From Hyalangium minutum (GTDB taxonomy: Bacteria; Myxococcota; Myxococcia; Myxococcales; Myxococcaceae): 64,000 nt of DNA. This document shows positions 8,565-18,483 of the stretch, in pieces. A model generated the notes under the pieces. That model did not search any database. It was given only the letters and a program-made list of their open reading frames with translations, and had not been told where the DNA came from. Position 1 is the stretch's first letter. The number at the start of each line of letters is the position of its first letter. Position numbers and translations under genes: made by a program. Location of the stretch: NCBI RefSeq assembly GCF_000737315.1, contig NZ_JMCB01000001.1, forward strand, positions 1-64,000, written 5' to 3'.

Positions 8565-9857
8565 ATGGGGCGCGCTGCCGAGGTCGCTCAGAATATGTGG
8601 GATGATGTACGCCAGGGGACGCAACACTTCCAGAAGTGGGAGATGCCTCCGCCCGGACACCGCGTGCGGCAGTTCTTTCACGGAATGGCGATTCCGCTCC
8701 ACCTGCTGCGAGCGCTCTGGGCGGACCCGGTAGCGCGGCGGCAGTACCTGCGGGTGGGCGTCACCCAGGCGCTGGCGGTCCTTCTGCTCAGCATTCCCCT
8801 GCTCCCCTCGCGCAAGAAGGACCACGAGCCCACCGAGCGTCGCAGGTATTCGCTGAGCTTCGGTGACGCGGGGGAGGATGACGCTGAGCAGGAGCCGGAG
8901 CGCCAGCGCTTCCATCAGGAGATGGAGCGCAAGGCGGCGGAGCTCAAGGCCAAGGTCCGCGAGGCGAGCGGAGGCGTGCAGGCCACGACCGGAGAGCGCG
9001 CACGGGCCGTGGCCGAGGCCGTCAAGGAATTGGCCGAGGTCGCCAAAGCCGAAGCGAGGGAGCGTCAGGCCCTGGTGGAGGCGACGAAGCGGGAGCAGGA
9101 GCAGGAGCAGGAACGGGGCCCCATCGATCGCCTGCTGGGGCGCATCGACCAGGAGGTGCAGTTCTGGGTGACGGTCTTCGGCATCATGCAGCTCGTGCAG
9201 TGGGTGGTGATCGCCCTCTCGCGCGACTACCACGACTCCATCTCCCGGGAGGCCAGCCTCCGCACGGCGCTCGAGCCCGAGGACGGCCCGCTCACCCCGC
9301 GCGTCCGGCTCGACGTGCCGTGGATGCGCAAGAAGGTGTCGCGCCGCATCCGCGCCTTCGTGGTCTTCATCGTGGGGATGCCCGTGCTCTACGGCCTCAC
9401 CGCGGCATTCCCCATCCGGCATGAGCTGATGGCCGTGCTGGTCCCGGCCTGGAGCGCGTACTGGCTCGTGGTCTTCACCACGGCCCGGAGCGCCTACGCC
9501 TGGAAGGACGCCGCGCCGAGGGCTCCCTGGTTCCTGCGCGGCTGGAGGTGGCTGACCACCCGCGTGCCGGGCTTCCGCTGGGGCTTCCTGCAGCGCTACG
9601 GCGACTTCTGGACCCGCCGCACCCGCGAGGTGTTCTCGCCCGCGGCCGAGACGGAGAAGCAGCCCTGGGCGTTCGCGGGGCTCACGGTGGTCGGGATGCT
9701 GTCGATGCTCCCGCTGGCCAAGTGCTTCCTGCGGCCGCTCATCCCCGTGGCCGCGGGACACCTGCTGGTGGCGCGGCAGCAGGCCGAGAGCACCACCGCT
9801 CCGAAGCACCTGGAGCCGTCCGCTCAGGCTCCCACCGCCTCCTCGACCGCGGCGTAG
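8565..9857 (+). CDS. Hypothetical membrane protein with coiled-coil middle
   Basis: Long ORF, ATG after gaggg; several TM stretches; myxobacterial codon style. Confidence 0.7.
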   Translation: MGRAAEVAQNMWDDVRQGTQHFQKWEMPPPGHRVRQFFHGMAIPLHLLRALWADPVARRQYLRVGVTQALAVLLLSIPLLPSRKKDHEPTERRRYSLSFGDAGEDDAEQEPERQRFHQEMERKAAELKAKVREASGGVQATTGERARAVAEAVKELAEVAKAEARERQALVEATKREQEQEQERGPIDRLLGRIDQEVQFWVTVFGIMQLVQWVVIALSRDYHDSISREASLRTALEPEDGPLTPRVRLDVPWMRKKVSRRIRAFVVFIVGMPVLYGLTAAFPIRHELMAVLVPAWSAYWLVVFTTARSAYAWKDAAPRAPWFLRGWRWLTTRVPGFRWGFLQRYGDFWTRRTREVFSPAAETEKQPWAFAGLTVVGMLSMLPLAKCFLRPLIPVAAGHLLVARQQAESTTAPKHLEPSAQAPTASSTAA

Positions 9858-9860
9858 TGC

Positions 9861-12800
9861 CTACTTCTTGTCGATGACGAACTCGCCCGTGAGCGGCGAC
9901 GCACTCGCGGTCGCCTCGGGGCCCACTTCGAGCAGCTCGCCGCTCTGCCGGCTCGTGGGCAGGTCGATCAGGGTGCGCAGCTGCTGGCTCACCGCGCGGA
10001 AGAAACCCGTGAGCAGCTCCGGGCGATCCGAGAGCAGATCGAGGAAGTCGCGGCGATCGATGACGAGCACGCGCGTGTCCTCGGTGGCGACGACGTCCGT
10101 GGGGCGCGGGGCGCCGTCCAGCAGGCTCACGTCGCCGAAGGTCTCCTTGGACTGGTTGCGCAGCACGTGCTCGCCGTCGCGGAAGTGGTCCACTGCGCCA
10201 GAGACGATGACGTAGAGCGCGTCTCCCGGGTCGCCCTGGCTGTAGATGCGCTCGCCGGAGCGGAAGTGAACCTCGCGGGCCACGGCCGCCACCGCGGCGA
10301 TGTCGTCCACGTCGCTCTGGGAGAAGACGCCCACGCCCTCCAGGGCGAACATCTTCTGTACGGTGGCCTCACTCATGTCGTTCTCCTGAAGGGGCGGCAC
10401 CACCAGCGTGCTCAGGCGCTGGGCCACATAGCGGGCGCAGGCGCGCAGCACCACGTCCTCGCTCTGCGTGAGCGCATCCAGGCAGCTCTCCAGCCGGCCG
10501 AGCGCCCCGGGCGGCAGCTCGCGGTGATGGGCTTCGATCTGCTCGGCCAGCAGCTCGCGATCCTCCTGGGACACGACGGCGTCCATCAGCTCCAGGGCAT
10601 AGGCCTTGCGGCGCGGATCCTTGCCCACCAGATGCTGGTGCACGCGCCGCATCGTCTGGGGCGTGTAGAGCAGGCCCAGCAGGAAGAAGGTCAGCTCCAG
10701 GGCCTGGTCCAGCCGGTCCCCCACCGCACGGGTGAGCAGCGAGCGGTCCCCGAGCGCCGCGCGCAGATCCCGGAAGGCCCCCACCAGCTCGCGGTAGGTC
10801 TCCTGCCGGCGGCCAATGGCCTCTCGCACGCGGTCGCCGTCCACCTTGTACTCCGGGTGCTCGTCACGCAGGCGGGACATCTCCGCACCGATGCGGAACT
10901 GGAGGAAGGCGTCGTCGCGGACGTTGGAGAAGATGAACGCGTGCAGCGCATCGGGCGTGCCGATGAGCCGGATGACGCGCGTGAGCTGGAGCCGCTGGGC
11001 CATGGGAGCGGCGCGGTTGTTGAGCGTCACCTCCAGCAGCGGCATGACATGGTCGCCGAGCTGGGCCAGCGCGTTGCGAGCCACCCGGCGCTCCTCGCGC
11101 CAGGTGAGGAACACGAGCAGCCGGGGAGCCAGCTCCAGGTAGCCGCCCACGCCCGCCGCCTCGATGGCCACGCGCCGCACGGAGGGATCCGCGTCGGCGA
11201 GGTAGCGCGCCAGCGGCTGGACGAACCGCGCATCCTTCAACCGCCCGAGCAGCTTGGCCACCTCGCGCCGCTCGGCCACAGGGGCCTGGGCGCTCCGGGC
11301 CAGCAGCGCGGTGAGCGAGTTCAGGGCAACACTGTGCCCCTGTGTGTGAATCAGCGCGCCAATGGCGGCGCAGCGCAGGCCGATGTCCGAACTCTCCAGC
11401 AGCGCGGGCAGCAGGCGCTCGGCACGATCCGGGGACAGGCGCGCCAGGGCCCACACGGCTTGATCCCGAGGACGCCGCGGGCCGGACTCGACCAGGCGCT
11501 CCAGGGTGGGCGCGGTCTCATAGGCCTCCAGCTTCAGCGCCAGCTCGACGCCGCGCTCCACCACGCGCTCGTTGGGGTGGCTCAGCAGCGCGGGCAGGTG
11601 GGGCCGCAGGGGCACCTCGGCCTGGGCCATGAACTCCACGGCGCGCAGCACGCGCTCCGGCGTCTCCGCCCCCAGCGAGTCCACGAGCAGCTTCTGCGTC
11701 TCGTTGCCGACGAGGACCTCTTCCTCGGCGGGAGCGCCCACCTGCTCCTCGAGCGCCTCCACGTACGCGGGCTTGAGCCGGAAGAGCAGCACGCCCAGGG
11801 CGGCGCACAGGCCCAGCACCGCGATGGCCATGGTGGTGCCCGTGGCCGCGCGGCCGGCGCCAATCAGCAGCACGCCGGCCAGCACCACCCCACCCTTGCG
11901 CAGCAGGCCATCCACGGCGGCGCGCATGGCCTCGCGCTGCTCGTCCGGCACGGCGGCGTAGAGCAGCTGAATGCCCACGGGGAGGATGGAGTAGCTCACC
12001 GCCGTCTCCACCAGCCGCAGCATGTGGACGGGCCACAGGGCGGGCGTCACGAGCGTGGCCACCGCCAGGGGCCCGAGCACCAGGGGCACCAGCGCCAGGT
12101 AGTGGAGCAGCCCGAGCTTCTCCAGGAGCTTCTTGGCCACCACGAGCTGGAAGGCGACGCAGAACAGGCCAATCCACAGCTGCAGCGAGCCGAACAGAGC
12201 GGCCAGCCCATCCTCGCTGAGCGTGCCCTCCACGCGCAGGCGGAACAGGTAGTCCACGAACGAGGACAGCACGGCGAAGGCAACGCCGAGCGCCCCCAGC
12301 ACCTGGGCGTAGGGGCTCTGGAGGAAGTAGAGCCACGGCTCGGCGGAGATGGCCGCGTGCCGGGAGCGCGGGGGCATGGCGACAGCGCCAGTGTGGAAGC
12401 GGAAGACGATGCCCGCGGTGAGCAGGCCCAGGGCTCCGCTGGCCACCACGACGGGGGTACCGAGCCGCTCGGCCATGGCCTGCACGAGCAGCCCACCGAT
12501 GATGCCGCCGCCCATGCCGAAGCCATTGAGCGCGGTGAAGGCGCGCCGGGCCTCGCGGGCATTGAACGCGGCGGACATCCGCCCCCAGAAGCGCAGGGAG
12601 ACGAACGTCGTGAAGGCATCCACGAACAGGTAGAGCGCGATGGCCGGGATGCGCTGGCCCGCGGACACGCCGAACGCCAGCCCCAGGGTAATGACAGAGG
12701 CCCCCACGGTGAGTACGCCGGGAGACTCGGTGGGCGAGTCCGGGCGTGGGCGGGGCAGCACCGTGAGTGCGGCCGTCAGCAGGGCGCCCACGAGGTAGAG

Positions 12801-12971
12801 GTACGGCAGGGCCTGGGACTCAAAGCGTGACAAGACCAGCGCGTTGGCAGCGGTTTTCAGCTGCGTCACGCCAGCAATGAGGGCGAACTGGAAGGTCGCC
12901 GCGGGCCAAAGGCGCTGGCCCCAGGAAGGCTCGGTGTCGGCCACGGTGTCGGGAGACTCAGTGTATCCCAC
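9861..12971 (-). CDS. NTT/MFS-like transporter domain + HEAT repeats + cyclic nucleotide-binding domain protein
   Basis: About 12 N-terminal TM segments (AREARRAF, DYLFR); HEAT-like LADADPSVRR; C-terminal cNMP domain (GDPGDALYVIVSG, FGDVSLLDGAPR). Confidence 0.85.
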   Translation of the reverse strand: MGYTESPDTVADTEPSWGQRLWPAATFQFALIAGVTQLKTAANALVLSRFESQALPYLYLVGALLTAALTVLPRPRPDSPTESPGVLTVGASVITLGLAFGVSAGQRIPAIALYLFVDAFTTFVSLRFWGRMSAAFNAREARRAFTALNGFGMGGGIIGGLLVQAMAERLGTPVVVASGALGLLTAGIVFRFHTGAVAMPPRSRHAAISAEPWLYFLQSPYAQVLGALGVAFAVLSSFVDYLFRLRVEGTLSEDGLAALFGSLQLWIGLFCVAFQLVVAKKLLEKLGLLHYLALVPLVLGPLAVATLVTPALWPVHMLRLVETAVSYSILPVGIQLLYAAVPDEQREAMRAAVDGLLRKGGVVLAGVLLIGAGRAATGTTMAIAVLGLCAALGVLLFRLKPAYVEALEEQVGAPAEEEVLVGNETQKLLVDSLGAETPERVLRAVEFMAQAEVPLRPHLPALLSHPNERVVERGVELALKLEAYETAPTLERLVESGPRRPRDQAVWALARLSPDRAERLLPALLESSDIGLRCAAIGALIHTQGHSVALNSLTALLARSAQAPVAERREVAKLLGRLKDARFVQPLARYLADADPSVRRVAIEAAGVGGYLELAPRLLVFLTWREERRVARNALAQLGDHVMPLLEVTLNNRAAPMAQRLQLTRVIRLIGTPDALHAFIFSNVRDDAFLQFRIGAEMSRLRDEHPEYKVDGDRVREAIGRRQETYRELVGAFRDLRAALGDRSLLTRAVGDRLDQALELTFFLLGLLYTPQTMRRVHQHLVGKDPRRKAYALELMDAVVSQEDRELLAEQIEAHHRELPPGALGRLESCLDALTQSEDVVLRACARYVAQRLSTLVVPPLQENDMSEATVQKMFALEGVGVFSQSDVDDIAAVAAVAREVHFRSGERIYSQGDPGDALYVIVSGAVDHFRDGEHVLRNQSKETFGDVSLLDGAPRPTDVVATEDTRVLVIDRRDFLDLLSDRPELLTGFFRAVSQQLRTLIDLPTSRQSGELLEVGPEATASASPLTGEFVIDKK

Positions 12972-13036
12972 CTTACTGATTTTCAGGAGAACCCTTGCAC
13001 GCCCGCTCGGGGGGCACTCTGGCCTAGACTGGTGCG

Positions 13037-13828
13037 GTGACGTCCGCGCCTGACACCCTCCTCGACGGCAGCCACACCGTCCTCACGCCCGAGTACGTGG
13101 AGTTCCGCTTCACCCTTGCGGGCCTCTACTCGCGCTTCCTCGCCTGGCTGGTGGACGCCCTCATCGTCCTGACCATCGCGGGGGTGGTGCTGATCGTCCT
13201 CGGATACACCCTGGGGAGCGTGCCGAACCTCGCCGGCTCCCTCTTCGTGGTCATCTACTTCCTGGTGGACTGGGGCTACGGCATGGCCCTGGAGACAGCC
13301 TGGAGCGGGCAGACGGTGGGCAAGCGCGTCATGTCCCTGCGGGTCATCCAGGAGAGCGGCGTGCGCATCGGCTTCTACCATGCGGCGCTGCGCAACCTGG
13401 CTCGCCCGGTGGACAGGCTGCCGATGATGTACCTGGTGGGCGGGGCCACGGCGCTCATCTCGGGCTCGCACCAGCGGCTGGGGGACATGCTGGCGGGCAC
13501 CATCGTGGTGCGCGAACGACGGCTGAAGGTGCCCTCGGCGCTGGGCATTGTGGGCGACGAGAGCCTGCTGGCCGATCCCCTCTTCGTGTCCCGGGTGAAG
13601 AAGCTCTCCACGGAGGAGCGGGACATCATCCTCGCGGCCGCCATTCGCCGCGAGGAGATGCGCATGGAGGCCCGGCTCCAGCTCTTCTCGGCGCTGAGCC
13701 ACCGGCTGCAGGACGTGCTGGCCATGGAGAAACCGGCCCACCTCTCGGACGAGAAGTGGACGCTGCTGGTGGCCGCCGCGCTCGTGCCGCCGCAGACCAA
13801 GGGCAAGCGTCTCAAGTCTGGAGTGTGA
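13037..13828 (+). CDS. RDD family protein
   Basis: TPEYVEF, RFLAWLVD, GQTVGKR, QRLGDMLAGTIVV motifs. Confidence 0.9.
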   Translation: MTSAPDTLLDGSHTVLTPEYVEFRFTLAGLYSRFLAWLVDALIVLTIAGVVLIVLGYTLGSVPNLAGSLFVVIYFLVDWGYGMALETAWSGQTVGKRVMSLRVIQESGVRIGFYHAALRNLARPVDRLPMMYLVGGATALISGSHQRLGDMLAGTIVVRERRLKVPSALGIVGDESLLADPLFVSRVKKLSTEERDIILAAAIRREEMRMEARLQLFSALSHRLQDVLAMEKPAHLSDEKWTLLVAAALVPPQTKGKRLKSGV

Positions 13829-13858
13829 GTCTCGTGGATCGAGCGCTCACCCCGCTCG

Positions 13859-15004
13859 CTACGGCTTCCGGGCGCGGTCCACGTCCTCCATGAGGCGGGT
13901 GGCCTGGGGGTGGAGGGGATGCGCTGACGTCAGGCCCTCCACCACTTGTTTCGCCAGGGCAAACGCCTCGTCCAGGCGTTGCGCCTTGATGTAGGCCAGG
14001 ACCAGGTTGAGCCCCGTCTCGGGCTTTGCCGGCTCGAGCCGCCGCGCCGTCTCCAGCAGCTCGATGGCGCGCGGCTCATGCCGGTGGCCCTGCTTCAACA
14101 AACACACGCCCAGGCGGGTGTACGGCTCCCAGTGCTGGGGCGCGAACGCGATCGCCTCCTCGTAGGCGTGGATGACGCCGGGCATGTCCGGCGGATGGAG
14201 AAGCTCGCACGCCTCGGCCTCCAGCAGCTTCAGGGGCAGCGAGCGCGTCCCTTGCGCCCAGCCCTCCCGCACCCGCTGCAAGGCCTCACGGCCGCGCTTG
14301 AGCCGCAGCAGCCTCGCGATCTCGTGGAACAGAGCCTCCTCCGGCGCCTCGGTTCCTTTCGGGGCGGGCTCCTGGCCCGCGGCCCACGCCTGGCGCAGGA
14401 ACTCGGACTGGGGCACCTGCTTCTGCCCTGCTTCCAGCAGGCGCTGGGCCCAGCGCGGCTTGCGGTGCTGCCGGAGCACCTGCGCCAGCCCCCAGTAGCC
14501 GCGGGTCTCCCGAGGATCCAGCCGCAGACACTGCACCCACTGGCGCACCGCCGCCCGGGGCCGGTTCTCCAGCGACAGCGCCAGCCCCAGCTCGAAGTGG
14601 AAGCCGGCCTGCTGGGGCTTGAGCGCCACGGCCTTCTCATGCGCCTCGCGGGCCGCCGGGATGTCTCCCAGGGCCAGCAGCGCGACGCCCAGCCCATGCC
14701 AGGCCTCGGCGGGAGGCGAAGGCTGGCGGACGAGCCCCTGGTAGTGCTCGCGCGCGGCGGCGAAGTCCTTGCTCTGAATCGCCGCGGCGGCGCGCAGCAA
14801 GCCCACCTCCCCCTGCGCCGCCTCGGACTTCACGCGCGACACCAGCTGCTCGGCCTGCTCCGTCCGCCCATCCAGCAGGGCCACCCGGGCCAAGGCGATC
14901 AGGGCCTCCTCATCCTCCGGGTGCTGGGCGAGACGGTGCGTGGCCGCCTCCCGCACTTCCTGAATGCGGCCCTCCTCCAACCACTGCCTCAAGGGGTGTG
15001 TCAT
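13859..15004 (-). CDS. Tetratricopeptide repeat protein
   Basis: Multiple TPR-like units (AWHGLGVAL...A..P, FELGLAL, YTRLGVCL). Confidence 0.8.
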   Translation of the reverse strand: MTHPLRQWLEEGRIQEVREAATHRLAQHPEDEEALIALARVALLDGRTEQAEQLVSRVKSEAAQGEVGLLRAAAAIQSKDFAAAREHYQGLVRQPSPPAEAWHGLGVALLALGDIPAAREAHEKAVALKPQQAGFHFELGLALSLENRPRAAVRQWVQCLRLDPRETRGYWGLAQVLRQHRKPRWAQRLLEAGQKQVPQSEFLRQAWAAGQEPAPKGTEAPEEALFHEIARLLRLKRGREALQRVREGWAQGTRSLPLKLLEAEACELLHPPDMPGVIHAYEEAIAFAPQHWEPYTRLGVCLLKQGHRHEPRAIELLETARRLEPAKPETGLNLVLAYIKAQRLDEAFALAKQVVEGLTSAHPLHPQATRLMEDVDRARKP

Positions 15005-15147
15005 CTCGCTCCTTCGCTGACACGGGTCCGGGCCGTAGACAGGGACGGCCTGCCTGCCCCGCCCATGTGAGGGCTCTCGGGATTGATCGTTTCCCTGCCT
15101 TTATATGAGGATACCGGAATGATTCATTCTCCCCTGGGAGCCGCCCC

Positions 15148-15672
15148 TTGAGCGCACCGATTGGATCGCCTGGAAACCGCCCCATCCGCCTGCCGCAGAG
15201 CACCCCGGTGCAGGGGGGAAGCCCGGCCGCACCGGCCGCGGCGCCCGCCCCGCGTGCGCCCGTGGACCCGCATCTGTCGGACTACTCCCAGACGGACCGG
15301 CTGCGGACGCAGATTGGCGAGCAGGCCCGGAACAACCCCAGCTTCTACGGCACGCTCGTGGACGGGGTGAACGGCCTGCTGCAGCGGGGCGGGTTCGGTA
15401 TCTCCCCCGCTTCCCATGGCAGCGTCATGGAGAACCTGGAGGGCGTGAGCCGGGGCACCATGTCCCAGTCCACAGCTCACTTCCGGGAGTCGCGAACCTT
15501 CGCTCAGGATGCCCTCTCCAGCTACGCCCATGGCCGGTTCGTCCAGGGAGAGATGGAGCGCTTCGGCGCGACGCTCAATCTCGTCGGGGGCGTCGGGATG
15601 TCGGCGGTCGAGGGAGCCCAGTGGACGTTCCAACAAGCCCGTGAAGGCGCCCGGTATCTGCTCGGGTACTGA
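15148..15672 (+). CDS. Hypothetical protein
   Basis: TTG start with upstream gggag; Pro/Ser-rich N-terminus followed by a helical region. Confidence 0.55.
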   Translation: MSAPIGSPGNRPIRLPQSTPVQGGSPAAPAAAPAPRAPVDPHLSDYSQTDRLRTQIGEQARNNPSFYGTLVDGVNGLLQRGGFGISPASHGSVMENLEGVSRGTMSQSTAHFRESRTFAQDALSSYAHGRFVQGEMERFGATLNLVGGVGMSAVEGAQWTFQQAREGARYLLGY

Positions 15673-15800
15673 AGCGCCTCGCGAGCGGGCCTCACAGGTC
15701 CGCTTCCGCCCCTCCCGCTTTCAGCGCGGGAGCCGCGAATTCCCGCGCGTATGAAGTGGGACGGGCGCTCCAGCCCCTCTCTGGCGCAAGGGAAGACTGC

Positions 15801-16532
15801 ATGTCCTCCGGCTTGGTCATCTCTGTGGCCGCCAACAACGCAGCTTGGTGTGATGCGGTGTGCCGCGCGCATGGGCGCCCAGGAGAGTTCTCGCGCTCGC
15901 TGTGGCTGAACCGCGCTGAGGTCCCAGCCCTCTACCCGAACGCCGTCACGCTCACTCCGGGTGACGTGGCGCGACAGCTTGAGGAGATCTCCAGGCTCGA
16001 CGTGCCGGGGCGATGGGGAGTCAAGGACAGCTACGCAGCGCTCGACCTTGCACCCCAGGGCTTCTCAGAACTGTTCACCGCTCAGTGGATCGTCCTCCCC
16101 CGGGACGTGCACGGCTCCGCGTCCGTCAGTGGAGCCCGCTGGCTCACGATCCGCGACGAGACCCCACTCGCCGCGTGGGAGGCAGCTTGGCGAGGCACGC
16201 CGGGCGAGCACCGGCTGGACCCGGCGCATGCCCTCTTCCGGCCGGCGCTGCTGGACGACCCGAACACCCGCCTCTTTGCTGCCTACCACGGCGAGGCCCT
16301 CATCGCCGGCGCCATCGCCTACCAGTCCGCAGGCGTCGTCAGCCTCTCGAACACGTTCCTAGCGGAGGGAGCCTCTGAGGCGTTGCGCAGGGAGATGCTC
16401 GCACAGGTCACGGCGGCGTTCCCGGGGCTGCCACTCGTGGGCTACGAACACGGTGACGAGCTGGCCACGTGGTGCACCCTGGGCTTCGAGCCTCTGGGCA
16501 CCCTGCGGGTGTGGCTGAAGAAGGCCGGATGA
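15801..16532 (+). CDS. Conserved hypothetical protein (possibly GNAT-like)
   Basis: AANNAAWCDAVCRAHG, YPNAVTL, VKDSY motifs typical of a widespread actino/myxobacterial family. Confidence 0.7.
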   Translation: MSSGLVISVAANNAAWCDAVCRAHGRPGEFSRSLWLNRAEVPALYPNAVTLTPGDVARQLEEISRLDVPGRWGVKDSYAALDLAPQGFSELFTAQWIVLPRDVHGSASVSGARWLTIRDETPLAAWEAAWRGTPGEHRLDPAHALFRPALLDDPNTRLFAAYHGEALIAGAIAYQSAGVVSLSNTFLAEGASEALRREMLAQVTAAFPGLPLVGYEHGDELATWCTLGFEPLGTLRVWLKKAG

Positions 16533-16544
16533 GGGTGTTGCTGC

Positions 16545-16595
16545 ATCGAACCCGCAGCCGGAAGCATCCGGCGAGAGCGCTCCAGAGAGATCGAG
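16545..16595 (-). repeat. Degenerate inverted copy of the T-arm-ended repeat
   Basis: Reverse complement ctcgatctctctggagcgctctcgccggatgcttccggctgcgggttcgat aligns without gaps to 20113-20163. Confidence 0.65.
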
Positions 16596-16667
16596 AGCAC
16601 CAGAGCCCTCGGAACGGTGTGGCGCGCGCGAGGCATGCTCAGCGTCCCTGCATTGCTCCAGGTGCCC

Positions 16668-17020
16668 GTGAGAGGAGCCCGGCATCCTTCGCGCCCACCG
16701 CACCCGGTGAGGAAAGGACAGCCTCCACTGTCGATAGGGCACGTGAGGCAGCACTCGCTCCACCCTGTGCACTGCTGGGCAGTCTTACGGAAACGGAGCT
16801 CGACCGGGTGGGATCGCTCTCGCCAGAAGCTCCGAGCGGCGGGTTCGATTGCCGCCGCTCCCAAGCCGAGCAACCCGCCGCTCTCAAGCACGTTCCCTCT
16901 GAAGAAGAGGGTGGGGCTTACATTTCGGGACCCAATCGGTTCTTGGCGGACCAAATTTGGACCAAATCCGGAGAACACATCCAGCGCAAAGGCGCGGCGC
17001 AGCAGCCCGGTCCAATCCAA
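16668..17020 (-). mobile_element. IS91-like transposase remnants (two fragments)
   Basis: VERVLPHVPYRQWRLSFPHRVRW plus frameshifted KDAGLLS at about 16668-16772; LDWTGLLRRAFALDVF at 16973-17020. Both are recalled motifs of myxobacterial IS91-family transposases. Confidence 0.65.
16786..16863 (+). repeat. 78-bp direct repeat, copy 1, ending in a tmRNA/tRNA-like T-arm
   Basis: tacggaaacgg...ctccgagcggcgggttcgattgccgccgc; co-linear with 20100-20177. Confidence 0.85.
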
Positions 17021-17300
17021 CCCAGCCTTGCGCCCCTTCTTCGGCTCCTGCCCCTCCCCGCCTCAGGCGGTGCGCTCACTCCCTCCCCCCCGGCTCCACA
17101 CCCGCTTGAGGGAGCCCTCCTTGTGGGCGAGCGCATCGCGACAGTGCGCGTCGGTCTGGCGTGGGATGGCGCGAGCTGCGGGCTGCTCCCGCTGCTGGCA
17201 CCTGTATCCGGAGATGGCGGTCCTGGATGCTCGTCCTGGTCGTCATGGAGAGGCGATCTCTTCGAACTCGTGCAGCGGCGGACAGGACGCGTGTCTTCGC

Positions 17301-17534
17301 TCAGCGCTCAGCCCCTCCTTGGCCCCCGTGCTGCACCACCTCGTTACGCCGAGTGCGCCCAGAGCTCCGACGGCTCCGTCGAGTTGGCGTCTGGACGAAC
17401 ACCGAACTCCAGGCCCGCCACATCATGGACAGGAACACCAGCACGATGACCACCGCCAGGAACGCGATCACCTGCTGGGAGTTGAACTCCGACGCCACCT
17501 GTGCGCCGGTGGCCACAACGTCATTGAAGTGCAT
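17301..17534 (-). CDS. Small putative membrane protein
   Basis: MHFNDVVATG...VIAFLAVVIVLVFLSMMW; single TM segment. Confidence 0.35.
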   Translation of the reverse strand: MHFNDVVATGAQVASEFNSQQVIAFLAVVIVLVFLSMMWRAWSSVFVQTPTRRSRRSSGRTRRNEVVQHGGQGGAER

Positions 17535-17847
17535 GTGAGAACCTCGGTCCGGGTACGACAAGTTGCGCTGCTCGGAGCCCCACACCCGAGCAGCTACAGC
17601 TAGTTCCCAAGCCACGAGCCTGGGGAAGCGCAGCAATGAGCCTGCGCATGGCACGGCGTTGCTGGCGCGTACCCGCAGGGTGAAAGTCAGTGACGAGAGG
17701 CGCGTTGCTGCACCCCATAGGGTGCTGTGCCACTAACGGCAGCAGCGAGAAGCTCCGCGCCGCTTTATCGAGGTCCTTTGGTCGCAGTTCTTGCTGGGCA
17801 TGGCAGACCGTTGCTGGCTCGCCCCTGACCACTGCGAGAGAAGCTAC

Positions 17848-18087
17848 TTACCTGTCGTCACCGCCGTGCCCCGTCGTGATCTTCATGACGACGCCGAGGA
17901 ACTGTTCGGCTCCATGCCGCACCGTGTGCTTCAGGACCGCCCAGCAGGCTCTGGCGACGGTGAGGTAGATGAACCACCGTGGCCGCCCCTCCGCCACCAA
18001 CCGCTGGAGATGCTCCAGTGCGTCACCGATCTCCTCCGTGTCGATGCGCTTCGGTACTCTCTTGGCAACCCACTCGAGGGCACTCAT
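17848..18087 (-). CDS. Small hypothetical protein
   Basis: MSALEWVAKRVPKRIDTEEIGDALEHLQRL; ATG after caggag. Confidence 0.45.
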   Translation of the reverse strand: MSALEWVAKRVPKRIDTEEIGDALEHLQRLVAEGRPRWFIYLTVARACWAVLKHTVRHGAEQFLGVVMKITTGHGGDDR

Positions 18088-18483
18088 GGCCCGCTCCTGC
18101 GAGCGCGAACGGACTACGTGAAACCCGGAAGGGCACCTCTGGGAACGAGAAGCCTGAAGAAGTACGACGCCGCGTTCAAGGCGCTGTGGGGCCTCTTCTT
18201 GCCCATGGTCCACGGTGTGGCGCGGGTGCGCTCGACACGCAGGGAGGCCGCGGCGATGGCCGTCTTCCTCGGGGCCTACTTCGGGGGCGCTCTCGCCGCC
18301 ACCGAGTTGGGGAACTTCCCGGTCCCGGTGCTGGGAGCCGGCGCGGGGCACGTGCTCGGCTGGTACTCCGCGCTCGGCATCTTCCGCTCCTCCATGACAC
18401 CTCCAACTCGGCAAGAGTGTGGAACGGACGCCCCTGAAGGCAGATGACGCAGAACGCGGCGCGGTACAGTTCAGAACACGCGT

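Noticed and set aside
6589-8733. Long antisense ORFs (also 10167-12830, 23428-25329, 32571-34733, 45463-47391, 52067-53494, 60238-62067 and others)
   Set aside because: High-GC shadows or alternative frames of well-supported genes.
17791-18447. Plus-strand 218-aa ORF with a hydrophobic end
   Set aside because: Overlaps a more plausible small minus-strand ORF; only the last third looks protein-like, possibly a fragment.
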